The notes under the pieces: model-generated
Databases searched by the model: none
Told to the model about the DNA's origin: nothing
The model's input: only the letters and a program-made list of their open reading frames with translations
Program-made: the position numbers and the translations under genes
Assembly: GCF_963921235.1 (NCBI RefSeq)
Contig: NC_086108.1
Span: 107,510,001-107,574,000, forward strand
Direction of reading: 5' to 3'
DNA length: 64,000 bases
Source of the DNA: Mobula hypostoma
Lineage: Eukaryota
In this document: piece by piece, positions 1-12,084 of the stretch
Position numbering within the stretch: the first letter of the stretch is position 1
Layout of the letters: each line of letters starts with the position of its first letter

Positions 1-237
1 ACCCTCCAAATATCCGGACCTGCCTCTCGGTTTTTTTTTTGTACCACCTTACTTCCAATTTTTCCATTTTCTATTTATGATTTATAATTTAAGTTTTTAA
101 TATTTACTAATTTAACTATTTTTAATATCTTTAATATTTAATATTTGTAATCCAGAGAGTGTGAAGCGCAGAATCAAATATCGCTGTGATGATTGTACGT
201 TCTAGTACCAATTGTTTGGCGACAATAAAGTATAAAT
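1..237 (+). mobile_element. 3' UTR/tail of Rex1/Babar-type LINE (runs off window start)
   Basis: Near-identical to the 3' end of the Rex1 copy at ~13104-13315 (ACCCTCCAAATATCCGGACCTGCCTCTCGG...AAAGTATAAA). Confidence 0.85.
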
Positions 238-241
238 CTCG

Positions 242-500
242 ACAAGAGTTTGCCATAAGGTATGTGGGAGACTCCCAAGTCAGCTGGAAGAAGGTTCTGT
301 AATCTGATGAAACCAAAATTGAGCTTTTTGGCCATCAGACTAAACACTATGTAGAGATCTATTTTCACTTTGACTCAAAAGAGAATTTTCTGTTGATCAG
401 TCAAAAAATCCAAATTAAATCCACTCTGATTCAATATTGTAAAACAATAAAACATGAAAACTCCCGGGGGTAGGGGGGAGGTGTGAATATTTCTTGTAGA
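242..500 (+). mobile_element. Tc1/mariner transposon remnant (transposase fragment plus 3' end)
   Basis: Translates to EFAIRYVGDSQVSWKKVL*SDETKIELFGHQTKHYV, the Tc1 WSDETKIELFG first-Asp motif, followed by a Tc1-like terminus (GTGTGAATATTT). Confidence 0.8.
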
Positions 501-501
501 C

Positions 502-775
502 GTCATGCCAAATCTCCACAGACTCCTAAGGAGGTAGAGGCACTTCCCTTGCTTTCTTAAGTGTTGGGTCCAGGCCAGGTTCTATGAAATAGTAACACCC
601 AAGAATTTAAGTTGGTAACCCTCTTCACTTCTGATTCTGTGATGAGGACCTCTGATTTCCCTCTTCTGAAGTCTACCATCGGTTTCTAGGTCTTGCTGAC
701 ATTAAGTGAAAGGTTGGTGTTATGACACCACTCAGCTAAATTTTTGATCACCCTCTTGAATGCTAATTCACCGCC
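502..775 (-). mobile_element. Rex1/Babar RT fragment
   Basis: Minus strand resembles the WCxxNNLxLNVSKT...LRRFGM segment of the Rex1 ORF at 12099-13019. Confidence 0.65.
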
Positions 776-1689
776 AGCGCCATTAGACGACAGGCGAGAG
801 CCTAGGTTTCCATTCACCATTCAAAGGCCGGTGCCGTTGATGTGGTCAGATGTCAGGCCAGCAGACAGGCAAGGACAGGGTGCCTTACATCTGTGAGCTG
901 GGGAGGTCAGAGTTCAAGGCCTGGAGGTCAGGTCCTCATCCAGGGTTTTTATTTGTCATCACTGGCGAGTACTGGTTGGATACTGAAATTTGGGGTGCAA
1001 AGGTTAATCACAGGTCCGTAAGTTGAGGTCTGATCTTCGATCTCCGGGGCCCTGAGTCTGCCAATCTCCACTAGACTGCTGGGGAAGTTGAGGGCTCAAT
1101 GTCTGTGAACCCTCGGGTCCGCTGGAGTTTGAAGACAGCCTGTCCTAGGATTAGAGGTGTGTGTGTGAGGGTGGGTGGAAGGAAGTAATGAGGCTTGTTT
1201 TGCTGTTCTTGTGTGGTGTGTTGTTCTGCTGCACATTGTGGGTATGCTGTGTTGGTGCCGGAATGTGTGGTGACACTTGTGGCCTATCCTCAAGCGTGTT
1301 GGTTGTTAACACAAACAACATATTTCACTGCATGTTTTGATAAACTAAATCAGAATTATTCAGAAAACTGCAGCCACTAGCGCTGTTCTTCTGTGGTACC
1401 TGGAATCTTCGATGTTCACTTCAGAGAGCTGGCACGGAGTCTGACATAAAAGGTAGTGCTCTAACTATGTAGTCTTCCTTCAGCAGCACACTGGAGAGCA
1501 AAGCCAGTGCAGGGCTAAGAACCAAAGCTGCAGGACACTAATTCTCCACTAACTCAATTTGCTCTTCGCACATTTCCACCAATTTCATGACACGCACCAC
1601 CCCCCAGCCATCCGCTCTTAGTTATGTGCACTAAGGGCTACTTACTATCGAACCTAGAGCTGCAATGGTCCACAATGCTAAGGTGCCAC

Positions 1690-1945
1690 TGCAGAGAAGG
1701 GGTTAGAAAAATCCTGTTACAGCTCAGAGTTTGCAGTTCAATTCCAGTGCCATCTTTAAGGACTTTGTACTCCCTCTGATTGTGTGGATTTACTCTGGGT
1801 GCTCTGTTTTCCCTCCCAGGACGTACCGTTGTAAATTGCCCTGTGATTAGACTGAGGTTAGATAGGTGGTTTGCTGGGCTGGGCAGCACGTGCTCAGTTG
1901 GCCAGAGGGTCCGGTCCCATGCTGTATCTCTAAACAAATGAATAA
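1690..1945 (+). mobile_element. V-SINE (HE1-like tRNA-derived SINE), degenerate
   Basis: B-box-like GTTCAATTCC, V-domain-like GTGGATTTACTCTGGGTGCTCTGTTTTCCTCCC, tail GCTGTATCTCTAAACAAATGAATAAA. Confidence 0.7.
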
Positions 1946-2074
1946 AATGTTGGGCTGACCTTCTAACATACCCCACGATCAATTTAACCCTCTAACCCCA
2001 TTTAGCACACCATTTTTTTTTATCCATGTGACTCTCTGAGTCCTGGTGAGAACCCTACAATTTAATTTTAATAG

Positions 2075-2560
2075 GAGTGGGCTATTCAGCCCCTCAAACC
2101 TGCCCCAGGATTCCATACAATCATGACTATTCTTACCCATAAGATGCAGGAGCAGAATTAGGCCATTCAGCCCATTGAGTCTGCTCCACCATTTCATCAT
2201 GGCTGATCTATCATCCCACTCAACCCATTCTCCTGCTTTTTCCCTTATCTTTTTGCACCTTTACTAGTCAAGAACATACTAACCTCTGCTTTAAATATAC
2301 CCAATCATTTGGCTGCCAAACCATTTGTGGCAACAAATTCCGCAAATTTACTACCCTCTAGGACAAGAAATTTCCCTTACTCTGTATAAAGGGACGTCCT
2401 TCTGTTCTGTAGCTGTGCTGTCTGGTCCAAGACTCTCTCACCATCAGATACATCTTCTCCACTGCCACTCTGTCTGGGCCCTTCAATATGAGATGGGTTT
2501 TAATGAGAATCCCCCGTCCCCTCATTCTTCTAAACTCACACAAATATAAGCCCAGAGCTT
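2075..2560 (-). mobile_element. CR1 LINE 3' end fragment
   Basis: Minus-strand EFRRMRG...ESWTRQHSYRTEGRPF motif and CR1 3' UTR (GGGCTGAATGGCCTAATTCTGCTCC). Confidence 0.8.
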
Positions 2561-2584
2561 GCTCTTGTGCACTGTCTCACCATA

Positions 2585-4183
2585 CAGGTTTCCCCCGCCA
2601 TCCGAAGGTAGAGCATTCCTATGAAACGGTTCATAAGCCTGAATGTCGTAAAGCGAAGAAGCAATTACCATTTATTTATATGGGAAAATTTTGTGAGTGT
2701 TTGCAGACCCAGAAGTAACCTACCAAATCATGCCAAATAACACAAAACCTAAAATAACAGTAACGTATAGTAAAAGCAGGAATGATATGATAAATACACA
2801 GCCTATATAAAGTAGAAATACTTTTCCACAATCATTGCTGCACTGTTCTCCATAGCGAAAATCTCACGCAAGCGCTCTTGACAGAAACACGGCGCAAGCG
2901 CTCTCCAGTAACCTTTAAGCTATGAAGCTGCCAAATCATACCAAATAACACTTAAAAGTACACAGCCTATATAAAGTAGAAATAATGTATGTACAGTGTA
3001 ATATCACTTACCGGAATCGGGAAGACATCGAGCACACTGATGATAGTGTGTTAGGCTGCGTTGTCGGAGGTTGGGGTGGTGCACTGGCCCTCACCCTCCG
3101 GGCAGCGAACCGATACATTGCCGCGTAGAATGCAGCGGTAGCCGGGATGCACACAGTACATCTTTAAGAAAAAAGCTGAAACAAACAAGCTAATTAATTA
3201 GGTGCCACCCGGCATGTAAATGTCAGCCCAGATCAGAGGCGATGCAGTCGGCAATCGCCTCTGATCTGGGCTGACATTTACATGCCGGGCGGCACCTAAT
3301 CAATTAGCTTGTTTATTCTGGCTTTGCTCTTAAAGATGTGCTGAGTGCCTCCCGGCTACCGCTGCATTCTCCGCGAATCGGTATCTGTCCGCAGCCAGGG
3401 GTTGGGGTGGTGGGACACTGGGGTGTCATCTCATCGCCTGTTTCCATCAGGGCAGGCAGGTCATCTTCTTCTATGTCTGCCTGCCTCGATGTTGAAGGTC
3501 GCGGTTCGTCGTCTGCTGTGGCTGATGTAGAAGGCTTGCTTGACTGCTTAGCCTCGTGCATTTTTCTATCATATAGTTCTTTGTAAGCACTCAAACCATC
3601 CTGCAAATATGCCCCAAACCGACATACCTTTTCAAAATTAAAGTCGTACTTTATCATTGCAGCGAAAATCTCATGCAGTTGCTTCACATTTGGTTCCTGG
3701 ACGACTTCACTTTCGGTCCGTTCGCTACTGCATTCGGTGTGATTGTTATCCTTTCCTCTTCCAATTGCATCAGCTCTTCATCTTGGTCATGTGATGCCAA
3801 AACCTCTTCAACATCATCTTCGTCAACTTCCACAAGCCAAACTCACTTTGTCCTTACTTCGTTCACCACAATCGAAATGCTTAATTATGTCTAGTTTTAC
3901 GTGAAGTGTAACACCCTTACGAGCTGATTCAGGCTCTTCCAGCACCTTAGAACTCATCTTGCTAACGGCTGCTCACAGGCACGTGTTTAACCAATGCCGG
4001 TGAGAATGCCGTTCCGAATCCGGGGGATAGCGACTGCTCGGGGCGCGCGCTGCTTTTTTTCACGTGCTGCCTTTTTTCGTAACAGTGAAAACACCTTCTG
4101 TTAGCGAAAACAGGGAACTAATGTAGGTCTTTCGTAACAGTGAGGTTTCGTAAAGCGAACGTTTGAAAAGCGGGGGACACCTG
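2585..4183 (-). mobile_element. Tigger/pogo-type DNA transposon, internally deleted, non-autonomous
   Basis: TIRs CAGGTTTCCCCCGC / GCGGGGGACACCTG (13 of 14 match) with TA on both sides. Minus strand from ATG 3957 reads MSSKVLEEPESARKGVTLHVKLDIIKHFDCGERSKD (CENP-B/psq-type HTH start) joined to an acidic C-terminal remnant; no DDE domain seen. Confidence 0.88.
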
Positions 4184-4310
4184 TATGTGCAGTATTCTCT
4201 GTACCAGGAGAGGGAGAGTGACCCACTAAACTTGTTGATCAGAGAGCACTTTGTTTAATCAGTTGTATGATGCATTAGATATCTTGAGCAGAGGGAAATT
4301 CAGTAGGAAT

Positions 4311-4690
4311 ACCCACAAAATGCTGGAGGATCTCAGCAGGTCAGGCATCATCGATGGAAAGGAATAAGTAACTGACCTTTCAGGCTGGTATGGAAGGGGG
4401 AAGATGCCAGAATAAGAAGGTTGGGAGGGGTGGGGAAGGAGAAGGAGGACAAGCTAGATAGATGAAGTCAGGTGGTTAGGAGAAGGGGGATTAAGTAAGA
4501 AGATGGAAGGTGATAGGTGGAAAAGCCAAAGATTTGAAGGAGAGAGAATCTGATAGGGGAGGAGTGTGGCTCATGGGAGAAAGGGAATGAGGAGGGGTAC
4601 CAGGGGAAGGTGATGGGCAGGTAAGAAGAGGTAGTAAGAGACCAGAGTGGGGAATTGAAGAAGGGTGAGGGGAATAGTATAGAATTTGAT
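4311..4690 (-). mobile_element. Penelope-like pLTR fragment (ribozyme segment deleted)
   Basis: CACAAAATGCTGGAGGATCTCAGCAGGTCAGGCA terminus followed by the purine-rich pLTR body shared with GIY-YIG-linked copies. Confidence 0.75.
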
Positions 4691-5489
4691 GGTGAATATT
4701 GGAAAGCAGGGAATAAGTTATACAAGTGTTTATGGTAAAGTTCTCAAAGTTCTTCCAGGGTGTTCTTTGCTTCAGTTTTCCAATCAGAAGCTATTGAAAT
4801 TTTGTAGCTCTCTCCGTCATGCAATGAACCACAAAGGTTTTTTCATTAGTACCGCACTTGGAATGAAACGAGAAAGGTAACCTTTCTCTCCTTTTGAATG
4901 CTGACAAGTGAGAGATTTATGTTGCTGTCTGTTTGGGCACTTACTTGCCACCTTGATGTTCTTTTCTTTAAAAAAAAATGATTACCCAAGCAGATTTTCC
5001 TCAAAGTTAATAAGTGTCTGCTATAAAAAGGGTCACTCCAGGAAGTATCTGTCAATTGTCCTTATACTTTAGAATTGTCATGTTTGGCAGATATGTGTGT
5101 TTTGCTGTCTTCTCATTGAATACATGTAGCATTTTCCCACAGCCTTAGAGTGGGTTGGCCTGGAGCCATTGGGCTCCTGGACTGACTGTAGCTCGGAACT
5201 GGTTCCATGACTGTGGACCTGCTTTCAGGGACTCTGCAGTTCGTGTCCTGTGGTTTGCTTGTTTGCCTTTTTTTATTGTTGGCACAATTTGTTCTTCCTT
5301 TATTGCACATTGGATGTTTGATGGCCTTTGCTGTGTGGGGTTTCTTGTGGATTCTATTGTGTTTCTTTGTATGGTGGCTGCCTGCAAGAAGATGAACCTC
5401 AAGATTGTATTTGGTACATATACTTTGTACTTTGAGCTTCAATGCCCATTTTAATAAAACAAGGAAATGATCTCCACCTTGACCTGCTT

Positions 5490-6085
5490 CTAAAGAATTT
5501 TCACTTTTTCCACTTATCACCTCCCAGCTTCTTACTTCATCACCCCCCTCTCCCACCCACCCACCCACCTTCTCTCTCACCTGGTCTCACCTGTCACCTG
5601 CCAGCTTGTACTCCTTCCCCTTATCCCAACTCTTATTCTGCCGACGTCTCCCTTCCTTTCCAGTTTAGACGAAGAGTCGCAGCCTTCATCATATCTTCAC
5701 TCATCTTCACTCACCCCATCACTGAAATGTTCCCACAAACAATGGGCTCAATTTCAATGACTCTTCATCTCATGGTCTCGATATTTCTTGCTTATTTATA
5801 TTACTGTTTCTTCTTTTTGCATTTGCACAGTTTGTTCTGCATTCTGGTTGAACATCCTAGTTGGGTCGTCTTTTATCAATTCTGTTATGGTTATTTGTTG
5901 AGTATGCCCACAAGAAAATGAATCTCAGGGTTGTATATGTTGACTTTGATAATATTTGCTGTGAAGTATGAAACGTTAATTCATGATTCCTCTCCATAGA
6001 TGCTGCCTGCCTTGCAGAGTTCCTTCAAAGTTTTGTGTGTGTTACTCTGGATTTTCAGCATCTGCATAATCTCTTCTGTCTAGAT
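5490..6085 (+). mobile_element. Penelope-like pLTR split by a Rex1 3' UTR fragment (~5690-5975)
   Basis: pLTR body to a degenerate hammerhead (CAGTTTAGACGAAGAGTCGCAGCC), then Rex1 tail (ATGAATCTCAGGGTTGTATATG), then pLTR resumes at GAAACGTTAAT...CCATAGATGCTGCCTG. Confidence 0.65.
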
Positions 6086-6301
6086 TGGATATTTTTTTCA
6101 TGCAGAACATTCTCTTGCCTCAGTTGATCTTGAACTATTGAGCTCATCCTTCTTTCAGATACAAGAGACTGCAGATGTTAGAAGCCGAAGCAGCAATCAA
6201 AGCAGGTCAAACTGCATCTGTGAAGCCAAAGGGATGGTCTGTGCTTTGGATATAGATAAGAAGGATGGCAATAGTTTGAAAGGCTACATTCACGTGGACT
6301 A

Positions 6302-6369
6302 CAGGGGTTGCTAACCTGGGGTTCACAGATCCCTCGGTTAATGGTATAAAATAAGGTTGGGAACCCCTG
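6302..6369. mobile_element. ~70-bp hAT-like MITE (CAGGGGTTCCCAA-type TIR)
   Basis: CAGGGGTTGCTAACC...GGTTGGGAACCCCTG; related copies at ~7557-7628, 27168-27248 and ~32291-32365. Confidence 0.65.
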
Positions 6370-6574
6370 ATGCAGAGGGTGGTGAATATATGGAACGAGT
6401 TGCCAGATGAAGTTGTTGTGGTAGTTGCTTGGGTAGGTCCATGGAGGAGCAGCACATAGATGGATTTGGGCTGAGTGCAGGAAATCGGGACTAAGTGGGT
6501 GGACAAGGGGGTTAGCAGTGACATGTTAGGCCAGAATTAGAATCTGGTTTAGTATCACTGTGAGGTGGTGTTCA

Positions 6575-7105
6575 TGGTCCACTCAGAAATCCGATGCTGG
6601 AAAGGGGGTGGCTGTTTTGAAACATAGAGTGTGCATCTTCAGGCTCCTGTATCTCCTTCCTGATGGTAGTAATGAGAAGAGGGCAAAGCCTGGGTGGTGG
6701 AGTCCTTAATGAAGAATGGACATTTTTGAGGCTTGCCTTTTGAAGATGTCCTCTGGTGGGGAGACTAGTAACCACAATGGAGCTGGCTGCAGCTTTTGCC
6801 AATCCTGTGCAGTAGCTCCTCCATACCAGACAGTGATGCAGCTAGTTAGAATGCTGTCCATCATATATCTGTAGAAACTTGCTGGAGTCTTTGATGACAT
6901 ACCAAATCTCCTTAAACACCTAATGAAATATAGCCACTGATGTGCTGCCTTCATAATTGTATCAATATGTTGGTCCCAGGATAGATCTTCAAAGGGGTTG
7001 ACACCCAGGAACTTGAAGTTACTCACCATTTCCACTGCTAACCTCTTGATGAGGACTGGTGTGTGTTCCTTTGGCTTCTCACTGAAGTCCACTGTCAATT
7101 CCTTG
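6575..7105 (-). mobile_element. Rex1/Babar RT C-terminal fragment
   Basis: ORF 6706..7155: FKFLGV...AAHQWLYFIRCLRRFGMSSKT..FYR..DSILTSCITVWYG. Confidence 0.85.
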
Positions 7106-8089
7106 AGCCTACTCTGCCATACAATAATTACCCTACTATGCAAAAATCTATCCAACTTTGCCTTAAATATATTTACTGAGGTAGCCTACACTACTTCATT
7201 GGGCAGAGAATTCCACAGGTTCACTACTCTCTAGGAAAAACAGTTGCTTCTCATCTCCATCCTAAATCTACTCCACCGAATCTTGAGGCTATGTCCCCTA
7301 TGTAATCTTGGGAAGGATGTGTCAAGGATACTGGGACGTGCTAGTAATGGTTGACAAGTTTTTACAGCGGGTGGAAACTATACCAGGAGGGAAAGCCACT
7401 GCCAGACAGAGAGCAAAAACACTGAGGATGATACTCTGAGATGGGATTGCCATGCCACATCAATTCTGATCAAGGTGCATATTTCTCAGGGTGTGTTTGT
7501 CAGGAATTATGTTGACTAGTACACATTATTCTTTTTATTGTCCACATCACTCAGGCCAGGGGTTCCCAATCTGGGGTCCTTGCTTAATGGTATTGGTCCA
7601 TGGTATAAAAAATGGTTTGGAACCCCTTATCGGGACAATTTCAATGAATGAATGGAACTGTCAAACAATGACTGAATGGGAAATATGCAACAGCCTATTA
7701 CTTTTCCTGTGGTCTCATGTAGTATCAGGACAACTCCAAACAAGAGAACTAAACTAAGTCAATTCTAAGTCGTAACAAGGCATCCTATGTCACTGCTGGG
7801 AGCCCTTGATCTCAAAGAGGCTAAGATACACATATTGACGGACATCTTAATTAACTACCATGTGAAATTAATCCAAGATATCCAGTCTGTTTCTCAATGG
7901 GTTTCTGCTGCTTGGGGTGATCCTACAGTACTCCATACTGAGTACCTACAGCACTTTGCTGTCTGAAGGTTAAGGACATGAAGTACAAGTTTAGGAATCG
8001 GCAAAATGTGAGCCTGCTCTGCCCTGTATTAATTAAAACTGATGATCCTCTATGATCTAAAAAATCCAAAAGCCTTGACTGGGAATGCC

Positions 8090-8410
8090 CTCCACAGCAC
8101 ACCTGCAGAAATTTGCCAGAGTATTGGTGACATACCTCATCTCCTCAAACTCCTAATGAATTACAGCCACTGTCATGCCTTCTTTGTAATTGTCTCAATA
8201 TGTTGGACCCAGGATAGGTCTTCAGAGATGTTGATACCCAGGTGCTTGAAACTGCTCACCCTTTCCATTTTCTGATCCCCCGAAGAGGACTGGTGTGTGT
8301 TCCCTTGACTTTCTCTTCCTGAAGTCCACAATCAATTCCTTGGTCTTACTGACATTGAGTGCAAGGTTGTTGCAACACCACTCAACCAGCTGATCTATCT
8401 CACTCCTGTA
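8090..8410 (-). mobile_element. Rex1/Babar RT fragment
   Basis: YRSEIDQLVEWCCNNLALNVSKTKELIVDFRK. Confidence 0.85.
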
Positions 8411-8919
8411 CAGTTCAAGCTCAAGTTCTAGTCGCCTCATTATGGGAAGGATGTGGAAGATTTAGAGACGGTGCAGAGGATATGCTGTCTGAATTACAGA
8501 GTATGTTTTCTATGAGTAGTTTGAGGCACTTGGGCTTTTCTCTTGGAGTGAAGGTGGATGAGAATCTACTTGAAAGAGATATGAGAAGGTGCTTCTCAGG
8601 CATTTTCAAAAACTTGTACACTTCAGTGAGATAATCGCATCCTGATAAAATCTCAGGGGTTTAAACCCTGTGACACAATTCCACATGGCATCCTTCTCAC
8701 TATGAGGAATTGATCTGGTATCCAAGATTTCAATAAGTAATTGCTGACTCTTGGGTACAGAACCAAGGGATTAATGGATATACACACTTCAGCATGCCTC
8801 TGATGTGGAGGGTGGAAGTCGGGGATTGAGGCCAACCAAGGCCCTAAAACATTATCTGGCCTCCTGCTGAAATGTTGAATCTAGAGATGAGGCATTGATA
8901 TTCGTGGGAGAGGGGCTAA

Positions 8920-10060
8920 GTGATACTTCTGTAGTGGGCCGCATTACAAATAACAATGAGTCATAATATAGGAATGGGATGGGCAGCTTAGTAACATGGC
9001 ATCGTGGCAACAGCCTTTCCCTCAATGTCAACAAAAGAAAAGAGCTGGTTGGTGACTTCAGGAAGGGCTGTGGTGCTCAAGCTCCTGTTTCCATCAACAA
9101 TGCTGAGTTTGAGAGAGTTGAGAGCTTCAAGTTCCAAGGTGTAAATATCACCAATGGCATGTCCTGGTCCAGCCACATTGTTGTAATGTGAACAAGTCAC
9201 CGGAGAGACGCTGAAACTAATGGATGCAGAAGTGTTTTAGTCAACAAAATGAGACACTCTTGGAGGAATAGGCCTGTTCGAGCCAATATCACATGACATT
9301 TTATATGCTAAAGATCAAAAGTAACTGCAGGACAATTCTGTAGTTACAAAGTATATACAATGCTTCCTTTAGATTGCATATTGTTTTGACACAACTCCTT
9401 TGCACCCATACTCCAGACACCCAAAATTGTATGTTAATCAGTGTTGTCTGGTTTTCAATAAACTGGTGTCCACAGCCCAAGGGAGAACTATTGTACAGGA
9501 CTGCATTTTAAATTTAATTCACAATCCATATTCAGTCTGAACAATGGCTGCTGAAGAATTTAATTATTTGTTACATACCCTAACCGCAGAGTATGCCCTA
9601 ACATACATTGATGACATAGCTAAGAAAGCTCACCAATGCCTCTGCATCCTCAGGAGGCTAAAGAAGTGTTGCATTGCCCCATCAAGTTTAACCAAGTTTT
9701 ATCGATGCACTATAACAAGGCATCACTCTGGATTATGGCTCTGGTATGGCAACTGCCCTGCATATGACTGCAAGAAACTGCAGAGAGTTATGGATACAAC
9801 TCTGCACCTCACAGAAACCAGCCTTCCCTCCGTGGACTCTGTCTATACTACTTGCTGCCTCATTAAAGTAGCCAGCAAATGAAACACCTCTCCCATCCCA
9901 GACATGCTCTCCTCCCCCTCCCATTGGGCAGAAGATATGAAAGCCTGAAAACATGTACCACCAGGCTCAAAGACAGCCTCTATCCAACTGTTATCAGCAT
10001 CCTCAGTGGACCTCTTATACAATAAGATAGAGTCTTGACCTCCCAATCTACCTCACTATT
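8920..10060 (+). mobile_element. Rex1/Babar RT 3' part interrupted by a ~400-bp insert (~9190-9595)
   Basis: NSLSLNVNKRKELVGDFRK..SFKFQGVNIT..WSSHI, then YIDDIAKKAHQCLCILRRLKK..FYRCT resumes after the gap. Confidence 0.75.
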
Positions 10061-10074
10061 ACCTTCTTTCGCCT

Positions 10075-10475
10075 GTTAAGCCGCTGGCATTTAGGGCAGC
10101 AGAGAAGGTTTTCCATCTCTGGCAATGTTCATGGCATCCTTCGTTGTTCCAGTAGCTTCCCCTCAGTTTATTGTCAGCCATGCATATCCCGGGTGCAGAC
10201 TCTGGAATACCCTCACACTCAGATGTAGAAAGATTTTTCATTGCTGCTTCCGTAACATTTTTGTTTGACAAGTCAGGGTTGTTGGCCTTGAGCTGAACCC
10301 CGAGCCTGGAGGACAAGTGGGCCACTCTTAGTCTGTACTTTTACCCTTTGACTTGTTTGGCATGGGTAACCCTATTAAGAACAAGAACATAAAGCCCTGA
10401 CTCCAGCCAGCATAGCTCTCTGGGTCATCGATGCACGTAAGCCTCCAAACCAAGGTTGTGGTCCTCTTGGATGTC
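10075..10475 (-). mobile_element. RTE-clade-related element fragment
   Basis: Minus strand ends ...KTFSAALNASGLTG-like, resembling RTE-type termini; recognised by recall only. Confidence 0.45.
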
Positions 10476-10984
10476 GCTATTACCTTGCTCCTTGTTTATT
10501 CATCTGTTGGGACACAGCATGGAATAGGCTTTGCAGCCCTTCGAGCTGTACTGCCCAGCAACCCCCCCAGTTTAATCCTTGCCTAATCACAGGAAAATTT
10601 ACAATGGCCAATTATCCGGCCAAACAGTACGTCTTTGGAATATGGGTTCAAATCGGAGTGTCGGAGGAAACCTACGTGGTCATGAGGTGGAGCATACAAA
10701 TTTCTTGCAGGCAGTGGCTGTGTTGTCTCCCTGCACTGCATTTTCTCTGTAACTATAATGTTATTCTGCATTCTGTTCTTGTTTTCCCTTGTGTTACCTG
10801 TTGCACTATTATAATGAAATGATCTGTATGGATGGCAAGCAAAACAGTCTTTCACTGCACCATGGTATTTGCGAGAATAACGCAGTCCACCAGTTTAGAG
10901 GGATAGAGGCCAAAATGCAACTGGCATAGATGGGCACCTTGGTTAGCATAGACCTGATGGGATGAAGGGCCTGTTTTCATGCCA

Positions 10985-11560
10985 TAAGACCATAAGTTAT
11001 AATAGGCCTTTCAGCCCATCGAGACTGCTCTGCCATTCAATCATGGGCTGATCCAATTCTTCTGGTCATTCCCACTCCCCTGCTTTCACCCCATACTCTC
11101 TGATGCCCTGGCTAATCAAGAACCTATTTATCTCTGCTTTAAATACACCCAATAACTTGGCCTCCACAGCCACTCATGGTAACAAATTCCACAGATTTAC
11201 CACCCTCTGACTAAAATAATTTCTCTGCATCTCTGTTCTAAAAGGACTTCCTTCAATTGTGAAGTTGTGCCCTCTTGTCCTAGACTCCCCTACCAGGGGA
11301 AATAACTTTGCCATATCTAATCTGTTCAGGCCTTTTTACATTCGGAATGTTTCTATGAGATCCCCCCTCACCCCCCTCATTCTGCTGAACTCCAGGGAAT
11401 ACAGCCCAAGAGCTGCCAGACATTTCTCATACGGTAATCCTTTCACTCCTGGAATCATTCTCGTGAATATTCTCTGACCCCATCCAATGTCAGTATATCC
11501 GTTCTAAAATGAGCCCAAAACTGCACACAGTACTCCAAGTGTGGCCTCACAAGTGCCTTA
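10985..11560 (-). mobile_element. CR1 LINE 3' end
   Basis: CATAAGACCATAAG tail and reverse complement of RPHLEYCVQF...MIPGVKGLPYEK...EFSRMR. Confidence 0.85.
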
Positions 11561-11574
11561 TGCCATATGAACAT

Positions 11575-12075
11575 TACAGGCCCTTCAGTCCATGATGATA
11601 TGGCAACCTTTGATCCTAGAGCAGATTAAATCTAACCCTTCCCTCCTATGTAGCCCTCCATATTTCCATCATCCATGTGCAGATCTAAAAGTTTCTTAAA
11701 TGCCCCTAATGTATTTGCCTCTACTATCGCCCCTGCATGGTGTTCTATGCACTCACCACCGAGGGAAAAGAAATCTTTCCTTTGACATTCCCCTGCAATT
11801 TCTTCCAATTACCTTTAAGTTATGTCCCATCATGTTAGCCATTTCCATCCATGGGAAAAGGTCTGTGACTCTCCTCTCAATCTGTGACTTTTATACACCT
11901 CTATCAACTCCTTCACTGAAGAGGGAAGCCCTAACCCTCTCTACTTATTCTCATAAGACATGCTCTCTAGTGCAGGCAGTATCCTGGTAAATCTCCTCTG
12001 CGCCCTTTCTAAAGCTCCCACATCCTTCCAATGATGAGGTGACCAAACTGAAGACAATACTCCAAGTGTTGTTCT
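11575..12075 (-). mobile_element. CR1 LINE 3' end (second subfamily)
   Basis: WSPHHWKDVGALERAQRRFTRILPALESMSYE. Confidence 0.8.
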
Positions 12076-12084
12076 AAGGAGGAA

